From Sedimentisphaerales bacterium (lineage in GTDB: Bacteria > Planctomycetota > Phycisphaerae > Sedimentisphaerales > Anaerobacaceae), in assembly GCA_963708075.1 (NCBI GenBank), contig OY970194.1, forward strand, positions 832,001 through 896,000: a DNA stretch of 64,000 nucleotides. The letters run 5' to 3'. The notes below the pieces were generated by a model that saw only the letters and a program-made list of their open reading frames with translations, was not told the origin of the DNA and did no database searches. Numbering within the stretch: position 1 is the first letter of the stretch; every line of letters begins with the position of its first letter. Position numbers and translations under genes: made by a program. Shown piece by piece: positions 40,827 through 50,390 of the stretch.

Positions 40827-41732
40827 CTATCCCCAGAGCCTTTCCGGGTAGACACCTTCCGCGATCAACCTGTGGATGCACTTCATCGCCAGGTCCCGGT
40901 CCTCACGCCAGGTGACCCCGAACCACGTATCGTGCGTTTGAAGGACTTTGACCCTGGCCTGGCCGCAGGCGATGAGCGCATCGACGACGGAGGGGATGTA
41001 CATTTCCGTCTTCGCCTCGCTCCCGTGATCGCGAAGGAATCGCTCGAATTGCACCTGGAGGTGGGAGAAGATCGAGGGCTGAAATCCCCAGAGGTTCATC
41101 GAGACGATCTCATCGCCGGTCAGCGCACGGGATGTCCCATCGCCGTCGAGGTATCGAGCGCCGGCCCCGGCCTTTTCGATCTTCTTGCATTCGACAATCC
41201 TCTTGAGGAACATGTGCTCATCGTACTGTGTAACGCCTCTGGACACGCCCCCGTGCTCGCTCAGGGTGTTTCGCAGGATGTATCCGACCATGGCGTAATC
41301 AGTGTCGGTGACGTCCTCGCCGGCCAGAAAATCCGCGATTGTCGTGAGGGAATCGACGCCGTAATAATCGTCGGCGTTCACTACGGCGAATGGCTCGCGG
41401 ATCAGGTCCCGACAGACGAGGATCGCGTGGCCGGTTCCCCAGGGCCTGTCGCGATGCGCGGGCAGCTTGAAGTTCCCAATACAGGCATCCAGCTCCTGGT
41501 AGGCATACATGGTCTCGACGAAGCGGTCGAACTTGCTGCTGACCTTCTCCCGGAACGCGTCCTCGAAGTAATGCTGAATCACAAACACCATCTTGCCGAA
41601 TCCGGCCTGGATCGCATCGTAGATGGAATAGTCGATGATCGTCTCGCCGTGCGGACCGATGGAGTCGATCTGCTTGAGCCCGCCGTAACGCGTGCCCAAT
41701 CCCGCGGCCAGAACTAACAACGTTGGTCTCAT
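40827..41732 (-). CDS. Sugar-phosphate nucleotidyltransferase
   Basis: LAAGLGTRYGGLKQ, PWGTGHA, NADDYYG, VSMNLWGF, WFGVT. Confidence 0.9.
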   Translation of the reverse strand: MRPTLLVLAAGLGTRYGGLKQIDSIGPHGETIIDYSIYDAIQAGFGKMVFVIQHYFEDAFREKVSSKFDRFVETMYAYQELDACIGNFKLPAHRDRPWGTGHAILVCRDLIREPFAVVNADDYYGVDSLTTIADFLAGEDVTDTDYAMVGYILRNTLSEHGGVSRGVTQYDEHMFLKRIVECKKIEKAGAGARYLDGDGTSRALTGDEIVSMNLWGFQPSIFSHLQVQFERFLRDHGSEAKTEMYIPSVVDALIACGQARVKVLQTHDTWFGVTWREDRDLAMKCIHRLIAEGVYPERLWG

Positions 41733-41740
41733 GCAGGTCC

Positions 41741-44700
41741 TTAGCGGAGTTGTTTCTCGTATTTTGCCCACAGCTTCTTTGCCACTTCGATGCTGTCCCC
41801 CTGGGGTTGCGTCGGATACGTGTCCCCCTGGTCCGACCAGTCGGCCGTCCATTTTCCGCTCTTGGCCTGGAACGCCTTGTCATCGAATGGTTGGCCGCTC
41901 TTGAGCGATTCGACGAAGTCACGCAGGAACAACTCCCAGCGTTTGAGATAGTATCCGTTGAGCATGCCGGACCATTCCTTGCGGGCGTAGTCATCGAGCG
42001 CCGCGGTCTGGCCCCATTGCGTCAGGACGCGTCGGGCGTTCCACTCAAACCGTGCCCGCTCAGCGTCCGTCGTGCCCCAACGCCTGGCGTCTTCGAGCCA
42101 GCTACCGAGCAGGAACTCCCTGCGCGTTGCCAGCAACTCGTCCACGTCGCGGATCAGTTGCAGGAAGGGTACCGATGCATCATTAAATGCCTGAACATTC
42201 TTATCCTTCGCCGCTTTCATCATTGCGGCGTGAAGCACAGCCGCGTGATTCGACAACACCTGCCGTGCCACATTGGCGAGGTCGAAGCGGAATGTGTCCA
42301 CGTTCCCCAAGTCGTCTGCCGCAGCAAGCAAAGCCTGCCATGCGCCAGCTAATCGCACATTGTTATACGGCGCCTGTGCGGCCGCGGTCTGGACTTGCGG
42401 CCCCTGGTCCACGATGGAACGGGTGTAGTGGGCCCCATCGTAGACGACGTCCAGCAAGATCTCCCAGGCGCGTCGGGCGTCCTCATTGTCCCGGCCGTAA
42501 CGGTGCCATGCGTACTCGCTGATCCATTGCTTGAGATCGACCGGTCCATCCCGCCAGGCCATCTCGAACATCAGATCGTATACGACCGGGTTGTACCCAA
42601 GCCCTTCGTTGACAAAGCCCAGGCCGGAGAGTTTGCCGGAGCGAGGCTCGCATCGAAGAGCCGGAAGGTCCTGGCCGATCCTGCTCAGCGCGCCACTGAG
42701 ATGGACGGAGCGGCCGAAGGTCTCGATATTGCACCACAGCCACGGCTTGCCGCAGAAGGCCTCGGTCTTGTCCCAGGCCGGCGTCTGCTCGCACATGAGA
42801 TCGAGTACGACCATGCGGTCGTCGGGCACGGCGCCGAACATGGCCCGAGCCTGGGGCAGCTTCCAGAAACTCGGATTGTGGACGAAGAGCCAGCCCTGCA
42901 GGACCCACACGGCCTGCGGGTCGCTTGCCGTCATGCCGCGGAAGATGGCTCGCGCCAGATCCGCCAGATAATTCGGGTCATTGCTCGGCGGCTGCATCTC
43001 GATGAAGGTATCGGCGGCATACAGATGGTCCGTGCCGAATCGCTTGGCCTGTTCCTCAAGATATATCGCCGCGAGCCTGGCGAACAGCGGGTCGAGCGGA
43101 TCGAGCAGGCATGTCTCCCATTCGATCCAGCGGATGCGGTGGAGCTTTGCCTGAGGATATTGCCCGGCGATTGGCGATGGCACGTGCCCGGTAAAGCCCT
43201 GTAAGACCGGCGTCATACCCAACTCCCGCTGGCGAGCAAGAATCTTTTTGGCCAGTTCCTCGTGCCGATCGATCCAACTCTGTGGCAGGGGACCGCCCCA
43301 GCCATCGAGGCAGCCCATCCACTGAAACGGCAAGTACGGCGGGCCGGCCAGGAATCCAGTGACCTGTTCATCGGTCATCCCCAGCCGCTTGCATACGGCC
43401 TGCCAGACCGCCTCCTGGCCCGTCACCGCCAGCGGCATATTGACGCCGTTCATCGCCATCCAGTCGATCAACTCCTCCCACTGGCTCCAATCCCACCAAG
43501 GCAGGGAGTACCCGAAACAGCAGTAGTTCAGGAAGTAGCGGTATCTCGCCCAGCTTGTCTGCCGCACTTTCGGCTGGATTACCGGCAGCGGGTCGGGCAG
43601 GTCGAGTTGGCGGCCGTACCACGAAGTGTGACAGTGACAGTAGTGCTTGAGGTACCAGTTCAGGCCAGTCGCCATGGCGACGCCGGTATTGCCGCGAATA
43701 ACGATCTTGCCGTCGCGGCTCTCGATCTCAAAAACATCCTGCCCCTGCTCCGCCGGGATCGCCTCAAAGGTGAAGCGGTCTGCGTGCTCGGGCAATAACC
43801 GTGCGAGTAATGAGCGTGCCGCCGATGACGCCTGGCCGTTCGTGTGGCTGGGTCGGCTCATCGGCGCTTTGTCAAAAGGGCGGTAGTTCACCTCCATCGC
43901 CTTGAACCGCTTCGCGTGCTCGGCAAGCCGGGTCAGGAACACGTCGTAGTTCCGGTCCGCCTGAGGCGACCAGAGGATTTCGCTCATCGCCGCGGCCCGG
44001 GGATAGGTCATGTACTGCAGGTGACTGGCGTTGGTGATGAATTCGCCCCAGAGCTGTGCCTGTCCGCCGAGCACGTGCCTGGCCTGCTCAGCATTGAGCA
44101 CGGCGGGAATCGGCTCATACTGATACACCTTGTCGAGGGGGATGAGCCCGCCGATGGCTTTTGGTTCCTTCTCAGGTGGACCCTGGTAGTAGTCGAAGTA
44201 CGTGTGGGAAGTCGGGGCCATGACGACATCGTGTCCGGCCTTGGCCGCGGTGATGCCTCCGTCCTCTCCTCGCCAGCTCATCACCGTCGCCCCCGGCGCC
44301 AGGCCGCCCTGGAGAATCTCGTCCCAGCCGATCAGCCGGCGGCCATGCGAGGCCAGGAACGAATCCATCTGTGCGATGAACCAGCTATGCAGCCCCGCTT
44401 CGTCCTTGACATCCAACTCCCGGATCAGGGCCTGCATCTCCTCGCATTTCTTCCAGTGCTCGATATTGGCCTCATCGCCCCCGATATGAATGTACTTGCT
44501 CGGGAACAGCTCCATCACTTCCGTCAACACGTCCTGCATGAAGGCGACGCTTTGCCTTCGCGGGGCGAGGACTGCCTCGTGGGCCGTCCATCGCTTGTCC
44601 GGCGGAAGAGCGTTCAGCTTCTCCGGGTACAAGCCGAGCTGCGGGTAGGAGACGATCGCTGCCCCCGTGTGGGCGGGCATCTCGATCTCGGGCACGATTG

Positions 44701-45523
44701 TGATATATCGCTTGGCGGCGTAGCGAACCAAGTGCCGGATCTCGTCCTGCGTGTAGAACCCGCCCGGCCGCTCGCCGTCATCTTTCGGTTTGCCCCCGTT
44801 CCATATCGTCGTCAGGTCCATCCACGCGCCCGTCGCGGTCAACTGCGGGTACTTCTTGATCTCGATCCGCCAGCCCTGGTCGTCGGTCAGGTGGATCTGC
44901 AGCCGATTGAACTTGTGCAGGGCCATCACGTCGATGAACTTCTCGACCTCCCGCACGGGGATGAAGTGCCGGGCCGGATCGATCAACAGCCCGCGCCACT
45001 GAAACCGCGGATAATCAGTGATGCGCACGGTCGGCACCGTCCACTCGACTCCTTCAGCCTTCTGCTTGCTCAGATTGGCCGGTGGGAGCAACTGCCGCAA
45101 GGTCTGAGCGCCGTAGAACAATCCTGCCGGCCCGGCGGCTTGGATCGTGATCGATTCAGCCGTCGCGACAAGCCCATATCCCTCTTCCCCGAGCCGATCT
45201 GCCATGTTCGCTTCGATTTTTAACCGTATGGTGTTCTTGACAGCGGACGAATCCTGGACGACGTTCAAGCGAAATCCCATAGCCGGCGCCAAGGCGTCTA
45301 CGAGCTTGGCTGCCTCGGCCGCCGCGTTACCCTCAGCAACCACCCGCGTCGATGGCGTAATAGAGAACGTCCCTTCACCGTACTCGATGAAAACGGGCAG
45401 GGGAATGATGCTGACTGTCTCACGGGCGCCACTCGCCACGCATGTGAGAGCCAGAGACAGGTAAAGAGTCGTGATCGCACTAGTCATTATTCTGCGTGCA
45501 TGTCGATTCATGGTCGTCTCCAT
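41741..45523 (-). CDS. Fused GH20 beta-N-acetylhexosaminidase and GH89 alpha-N-acetylglucosaminidase
   Basis: GH20: DYPRFQWRG, HLTDDQGWR, PEIEMPAH, HIGGDEA. GH89: YRYFLNYCCFGYS, WMAMNGVN, DTFIEM, GFVNEG, DYARKEWSG. Confidence 0.9.
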   Translation of the reverse strand: METTMNRHARRIMTSAITTLYLSLALTCVASGARETVSIIPLPVFIEYGEGTFSITPSTRVVAEGNAAAEAAKLVDALAPAMGFRLNVVQDSSAVKNTIRLKIEANMADRLGEEGYGLVATAESITIQAAGPAGLFYGAQTLRQLLPPANLSKQKAEGVEWTVPTVRITDYPRFQWRGLLIDPARHFIPVREVEKFIDVMALHKFNRLQIHLTDDQGWRIEIKKYPQLTATGAWMDLTTIWNGGKPKDDGERPGGFYTQDEIRHLVRYAAKRYITIVPEIEMPAHTGAAIVSYPQLGLYPEKLNALPPDKRWTAHEAVLAPRRQSVAFMQDVLTEVMELFPSKYIHIGGDEANIEHWKKCEEMQALIRELDVKDEAGLHSWFIAQMDSFLASHGRRLIGWDEILQGGLAPGATVMSWRGEDGGITAAKAGHDVVMAPTSHTYFDYYQGPPEKEPKAIGGLIPLDKVYQYEPIPAVLNAEQARHVLGGQAQLWGEFITNASHLQYMTYPRAAAMSEILWSPQADRNYDVFLTRLAEHAKRFKAMEVNYRPFDKAPMSRPSHTNGQASSAARSLLARLLPEHADRFTFEAIPAEQGQDVFEIESRDGKIVIRGNTGVAMATGLNWYLKHYCHCHTSWYGRQLDLPDPLPVIQPKVRQTSWARYRYFLNYCCFGYSLPWWDWSQWEELIDWMAMNGVNMPLAVTGQEAVWQAVCKRLGMTDEQVTGFLAGPPYLPFQWMGCLDGWGGPLPQSWIDRHEELAKKILARQRELGMTPVLQGFTGHVPSPIAGQYPQAKLHRIRWIEWETCLLDPLDPLFARLAAIYLEEQAKRFGTDHLYAADTFIEMQPPSNDPNYLADLARAIFRGMTASDPQAVWVLQGWLFVHNPSFWKLPQARAMFGAVPDDRMVVLDLMCEQTPAWDKTEAFCGKPWLWCNIETFGRSVHLSGALSRIGQDLPALRCEPRSGKLSGLGFVNEGLGYNPVVYDLMFEMAWRDGPVDLKQWISEYAWHRYGRDNEDARRAWEILLDVVYDGAHYTRSIVDQGPQVQTAAAQAPYNNVRLAGAWQALLAAADDLGNVDTFRFDLANVARQVLSNHAAVLHAAMMKAAKDKNVQAFNDASVPFLQLIRDVDELLATRREFLLGSWLEDARRWGTTDAERARFEWNARRVLTQWGQTAALDDYARKEWSGMLNGYYLKRWELFLRDFVESLKSGQPFDDKAFQAKSGKWTADWSDQGDTYPTQPQGDSIEVAKKLWAKYEKQLR

Positions 45524-45551
45524 TTCCTTGCAAGCCGGTCACGCGCCGGCG

Positions 45552-48500
45552 TCATTCGAAAATAACCCCTAGTTCCGCCACCGAGGTGAAGGACTGGCCA
45601 CTGACCTCGCTCAACGCGACAAGCTTGATGAACCTTGCGTCGTGCGGTTCGTCGAAGCGGACGGTCTTGCGTTCAGCGTCGTTGGGCCATGCGCCCTCCG
45701 CGACCGGCTCACCCCAGTTCTCGCTGTCGGGACTAGCGTAGATCTCGTAGCGCGCGATACGGCCATTGGTCATGTCCTGTCTGGGAAGATAGGTCAGACC
45801 CGATATGCGGACGGATTTCTTCACGTCGAGGATCAGATGGTGGGGCGGCTGCGCCATCGGCTCCCAGTTCGTGTGCCAGATGGTGGAAGGATTGTCATCG
45901 ATCGCCAACTCCGGGGCGTGGTTTGGGTGATGATTGTCCGCCGTGACGGTTGCACCGAGCTTCTGCAAGGCGCTGGGTTGCCTCCAGAGTTCCGCCAGTT
46001 GTTCAGTCGTCATGCTGCACTTGGGGTCGAACCGCGTGCCGGCCATGTACGTCAGCAGGCTGTGACGCATCTGCCGGGCCACGAGGCGGTTGTCGAGGTC
46101 GCTGACCAGGTCGCAACTGCATGCCAGGAGCTTGCCCTTGCCGACGCGGGCTTCGAACACGAGAGCCAGCTTTCTGGCGGTGACCCAGTCGTCCACAACC
46201 TGCACGACAGGCTGAAGGTCACGATGATCCGTGAGAATGAATGGGGCCGTGTCGTGCATCAACTCCCACCACTGCCAGTTGGAGTGGTACTCGGTGGGGA
46301 ACTGTGCGAGGGCCGGATGCTTCGGGTCACACAGGATGCCCAGCGTGTGCGGCGGCTGCCAATTCGTCCAGACCGTGTTCCAGAAGATGCTCGAAAAGCC
46401 CATCGTGATCGGATGTTTCTCATCGTTCCGGATCGTCGCAGGCAGAGGAAGCAGCAGGACCTTCCCGCCCTCAGCGAGACGCTTGGCCGCCTCGTCGTTC
46501 ATCTCACGTGTGACCAGGATGTCTTTGGTTGGTTCTGTCGGTACGTCCCTGGGGAAAACCCAGAGGTCCCAATCGTTGACTGCGTCCGTGCCGGGGATGC
46601 TGACCTCAAGGTTCAGCTTCTGGCGCGCTTGACGTCGTCCAGCTCGATATTCACTTCGGCCAGCGTACTGAGCGTCCCGGCCTTGATCGTCTGCCGGGCC
46701 AGGCGGCCCTTATCCATGACAGCGGCGGCGGAATCGCGGAGCGTCCACTGCGGCTGGGTGTCCTTCAGGTCCCTGGGACCGAAGTGCGCCAGGTCGATGC
46801 GGGCGTGCAACTCTTCGCCGGCCTTGAAGATGCGCCGCTCCAGCCGGGCTAGTGGGACAATCGGCCCGGAGAATCGGTGGTACTGCTCGGCGGTGACATA
46901 TCCTTTCGCACCCCAGAAGGGGTCCAGCACGCCGACCAGCGCGGTGCCCTGGCCGGGGAAATCGTGCAGGTCGAGCAATTGGAATCCGCCGAAACCGGGA
47001 GTGCGAAGGGCCGACTCGATGTCCTCCTTGTACAACAGAGTCTGCAACTTGCCCGAGGCCATGAGGAAATCGCGGGCCTGGGGCAGCATGCCGTTGCGTT
47101 CGAGCTGCTCGCGGAAGATCTCGAAGCTCTTCGCCTTGAGCAGGCCGGTGTATTTCTTCATCTCGTCGAAGTTCGGGTACACGCACCATTGGCCGATCTC
47201 ATGGCTGATCACTGGGGCCTTGTGCTGCTGGACGAAGTCGCTGTAGTCGGTCATCGTCTCCGGCGGCTTTGCGTTGACCCGGCTGCCCACGCCCTGACCC
47301 CACTGCTGAATCCGCGGTGCCGGTGTGCTGTAATAGTCGCTTTGTGGAAGTATCGGCCAGCCGGCGGCAGTGGTGTACAGCCGTCGCGGGTCGTGATTCT
47401 TCCAGTAGGTCACGAAGTCGCCCAGAAACTGATTCTGGTTCTTCCCGCCGGGCTCGTTGCCGTAGGCCATGAACGTGAAAGACGGGTGATTGCCATAGGC
47501 TTTGATCATGGCTTCGCTCTCTTTGTAGAGCCACTTGTCAAAGGGGCCGCCGTCACCGACCGTTGCCCAGGCGGAGCACTCGACATGATAGTAGAATCCC
47601 AGCTCATCGGCTGCATCGAACGCTGCCTCGGGCGGGCACCAGGAGTGGAAGCGGATATGGTTCAATCCGTGCGCCTTGCAGATGCGGATGATCCGCCGCC
47701 ACGAGTCCACATCGGTAGGGGGGTGTCCTGTCAGGGGGAAAATGCAGCATTCGAGAGTCCCCCGGATGAACGTCGGCTTGCCGTTGATGGTGATTCGCGT
47801 ACCCTGGGTGCCCATTTCCCGCATGCCGAAGCGAGTGGTTGTGCGATCCTGGTACCGCCGGCCCGAGACACCGGCCTGCAATTCCACCGCCATCTCGTAC
47901 GTCACCGGATTGAACTCATCCCACAGCTTGCAGTCCTTGCCCATGGCGTACGTGCATTTCGCCTGACCGCCTTCTTGTCCCCACGAGACAGGGACCGACA
48001 TCTTCTTCCCCGCTCCCGGGACACGAATGGTCAGTGTCGCGTTACCGGCCTGGCCTGTGAGATTGCCGATGGTTGCCCTCACGCCGACGGTCTTATCCTT
48101 GATATTAGGGTACAGACGCACATCCTCAATCCAGACCGGGTCAGTCGCGAGTAGCTCGATCCGCCCGGCGATTCCGTTCCAGTTGCCCTGCGTGTGATCC
48201 GAGACGCTGTGGGCGTCGCGGCCGACATCCACGATCATGCGATTGTCCACGCGGATGGCCACGCGATGCTTGCCGGGAGTGACATTCGTGCCCAGGTCAT
48301 AAGAGTGGGCGGTACCGAGGCTATCCTGCGAGCCGATCTGTTGTCCATCGATCCAGACGGTGGTCTTCCAGTGCGGCCGCTCCAGGAACAGCACGATGCG
48401 TTTACCTTGCCAGTTTTGCGGGACTTCAATCTGTCGTTGATACCAGGCGGCGCCGACGTAGTGCCGGTCCGGCTGGAGCCAGAACGGCATCTTGAAATTG

Positions 48501-48787
48501 TCCGGCGTCTGATACTGCTTGTAGTAAGGGTCCCTCTGCCAGATGGGATTGATGTGGCCCGTCCACTGGGTCTGCATCGACGGCGGATCGCCGTATCCCT
48601 GGGCCGTCAGCACGCCGGGCAGCGCGATCCGGTCGGGAAGGTCACGCTCGAACCATTTGCCCGCCTCGCCCTGGTCCTGGCGGTCCAACTGGAAGGACCA
48701 TGTGCCCGCCAGATCGACCTGATCCGCGCGGGCGGTTAACGGGAGGAGTGAAAACGCCAGCAGAAACAGTCTCATCGTGCTCTCCAT
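45552..48787 (-). CDS. GH2-family glycoside hydrolase with C-terminal F5/8 type C (CBM32-like) domain; frameshift near 46625
   Basis: DLAGTWSF, LERPHW, IRFHSWCPP, NHPSF...GNE, HEIGQW. Shifted frame continues KLNLEVSIPG...WDLWVFP into ORF 45552..46502 (AIDDNPSTIWHT, TYLPRQD). Confidence 0.85.
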
Positions 48788-48823
48788 GCAGGACTCCTTC
48801 ACAAGTCTTGAGCTTTCCCGGCG

Positions 48824-48852
48824 AGTATACTGTAGAAGCCCGACCGCCTCAA
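48824..48852 (-). promoter_or_regulatory. Putative sigma70 promoter for the GH2 operon
   Basis: TTGAGG-N17-TATACT on the minus strand. Confidence 0.5.
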
Positions 48853-48861
48853 TACTGCGCA

Positions 48862-48890
48862 TTGAAATCCCCGCACCTCGGCGGTATACA
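48862..48890 (+). promoter_or_regulatory. Putative sigma70 promoter for the aldolase gene (divergent)
   Basis: TTGAAA-N17-TATACA. Confidence 0.5.
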
Positions 48891-48959
48891 GGGCGTACCT
48901 TATCCTCTGGGCATCGCGGTTACACGTGCCCACAGGGGACACGGGCAGAAAGGGCGATT

Positions 48960-50252
48960 ATGCGATACGAGTATCTCCATCCGCGGGACGAGCTTGTGCT
49001 CACGATGCAGCGGATCTATCGGTACAAGATGACCACCACCTCGGGCGGCAACCTGTCGATCCTGGACGAGAACGGCGACGTCTGGATCACGCCGACCGGG
49101 GTCGATAAGGGGACGCTGACGCCCAACGACATCATGTGCGTGCGTGCCAACGGAAAGATCGAGGGCCTGCACCGGCCCTCCTCGGAGTATCCCTTCCACA
49201 AGGCCATCTACGCAGCTCGCCGCGACATCAAAGCCGTTGTGCACGCCCATCCCATGGCCCTGGTGGCCTTCAGTATCGCGCACAAGGTGCCGGACACCCG
49301 GCTGTTCCACCAGGCCTGGCGGTCCAACGGCAGCGTCGGTTTCGCACCCTATGGCGTGCCGGGCAGCGCGGACCTCGGCAACAAAATCGCCCAGAAATAC
49401 GCGGAGGGATTCGATAGCGTCATTTTGGAAAACCACGGTGTCTGCTGCGGCGGCAGGACCCTCCAGGAAGCCTTCCAGCGATTCGAGACGCTCGAAATGT
49501 GCTGCAAGGTCCTCATCAAGGCCAACGCCATCGGCGAGCCCAAGTACCTCACGGATCAGCAGCTTCAGCTCCAGGGCAAGAGCGACATCCTCATTGATGC
49601 ATTCGAGTACGATCCCACGATGATGACCATTCGCGAGAAGGAACTTCGCAACCAACTCTGCCGGTTCATCGAGCGGGGCTATCGCCAGGGCCTGCTGACG
49701 ACGACCACCGGCTCGTTCTCCGCACGGATCGATAGCGAGAAATTCCTCATCACGCCGTACCCGCTGGATCGACATTCCGTCTTAGCCGAGGACTTGGTGA
49801 TGATCCGCAAAGGCAGGAAGGAGTTCGGCAAACACCCCAGCCGGGCGGTCTTCGCCCACAAGGCGGTCTATGATGCTCAGCCCGATGTGATGGCCGTCGT
49901 CAACGCCTCACCGATCAATGCGATGGCCTTCAGCGTCTGCCACCGGGCCATTGACACCTACACGATTCCCGAGAGCTACATTTTCGTCCGCAAGGTGGGC
50001 TTGCTGCCCTTTGAAACGGCCTTCAACGATCACGCCACCCTCGCGCGGATGCTGACACTGTGCAGTCCGGCAGCCGTGCTGTGCAATAACGGCGTCATGG
50101 TCGTCGGCGACAGCGTACTCTCGGCGTTCGACAAGCTCGAAGTCCTGGAGCACTCCGCGGAAGCCGTGCTCGATTCCCAGCCCATCGGCGGTCATGTCGC
50201 CATGTCCCAGAAGATCATCGACGACCTGAGCGAAGCCTTCCACCTCCAGTGA
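48960..50252 (+). CDS. Class II aldolase/adducin family protein with tandem domains
   Basis: TTSGGNLS, ITPTG, PSSEYPFH, HAHP, LENHG, then a second similar domain. Confidence 0.88.
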   Translation: MRYEYLHPRDELVLTMQRIYRYKMTTTSGGNLSILDENGDVWITPTGVDKGTLTPNDIMCVRANGKIEGLHRPSSEYPFHKAIYAARRDIKAVVHAHPMALVAFSIAHKVPDTRLFHQAWRSNGSVGFAPYGVPGSADLGNKIAQKYAEGFDSVILENHGVCCGGRTLQEAFQRFETLEMCCKVLIKANAIGEPKYLTDQQLQLQGKSDILIDAFEYDPTMMTIREKELRNQLCRFIERGYRQGLLTTTTGSFSARIDSEKFLITPYPLDRHSVLAEDLVMIRKGRKEFGKHPSRAVFAHKAVYDAQPDVMAVVNASPINAMAFSVCHRAIDTYTIPESYIFVRKVGLLPFETAFNDHATLARMLTLCSPAAVLCNNGVMVVGDSVLSAFDKLEVLEHSAEAVLDSQPIGGHVAMSQKIIDDLSEAFHLQ

Positions 50253-50280
50253 AGTGACCAGCGGATGCGGGGCTCTCGCC

Positions 50281-50361
50281 AAGGACCTGGCCGCCGAATG
50301 GGAGGTTCCTCTTGCTCGCAGCCCAGATCCTTCACTCCGCTACGCTTCGTTCAGGATGACA
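50281..50361. repeat. REP-like palindromic element ending in CAGGATGACA (TGTCATCCTG type)
   Basis: AAGGACCTGG...CCAGATCCTTCACTCCGCTACGCTTCGTTCAGGATGACA between convergent genes. Confidence 0.6.
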
Positions 50362-50390
50362 AGCCGCGCTGGAGCCAGTCATGACTCCGT

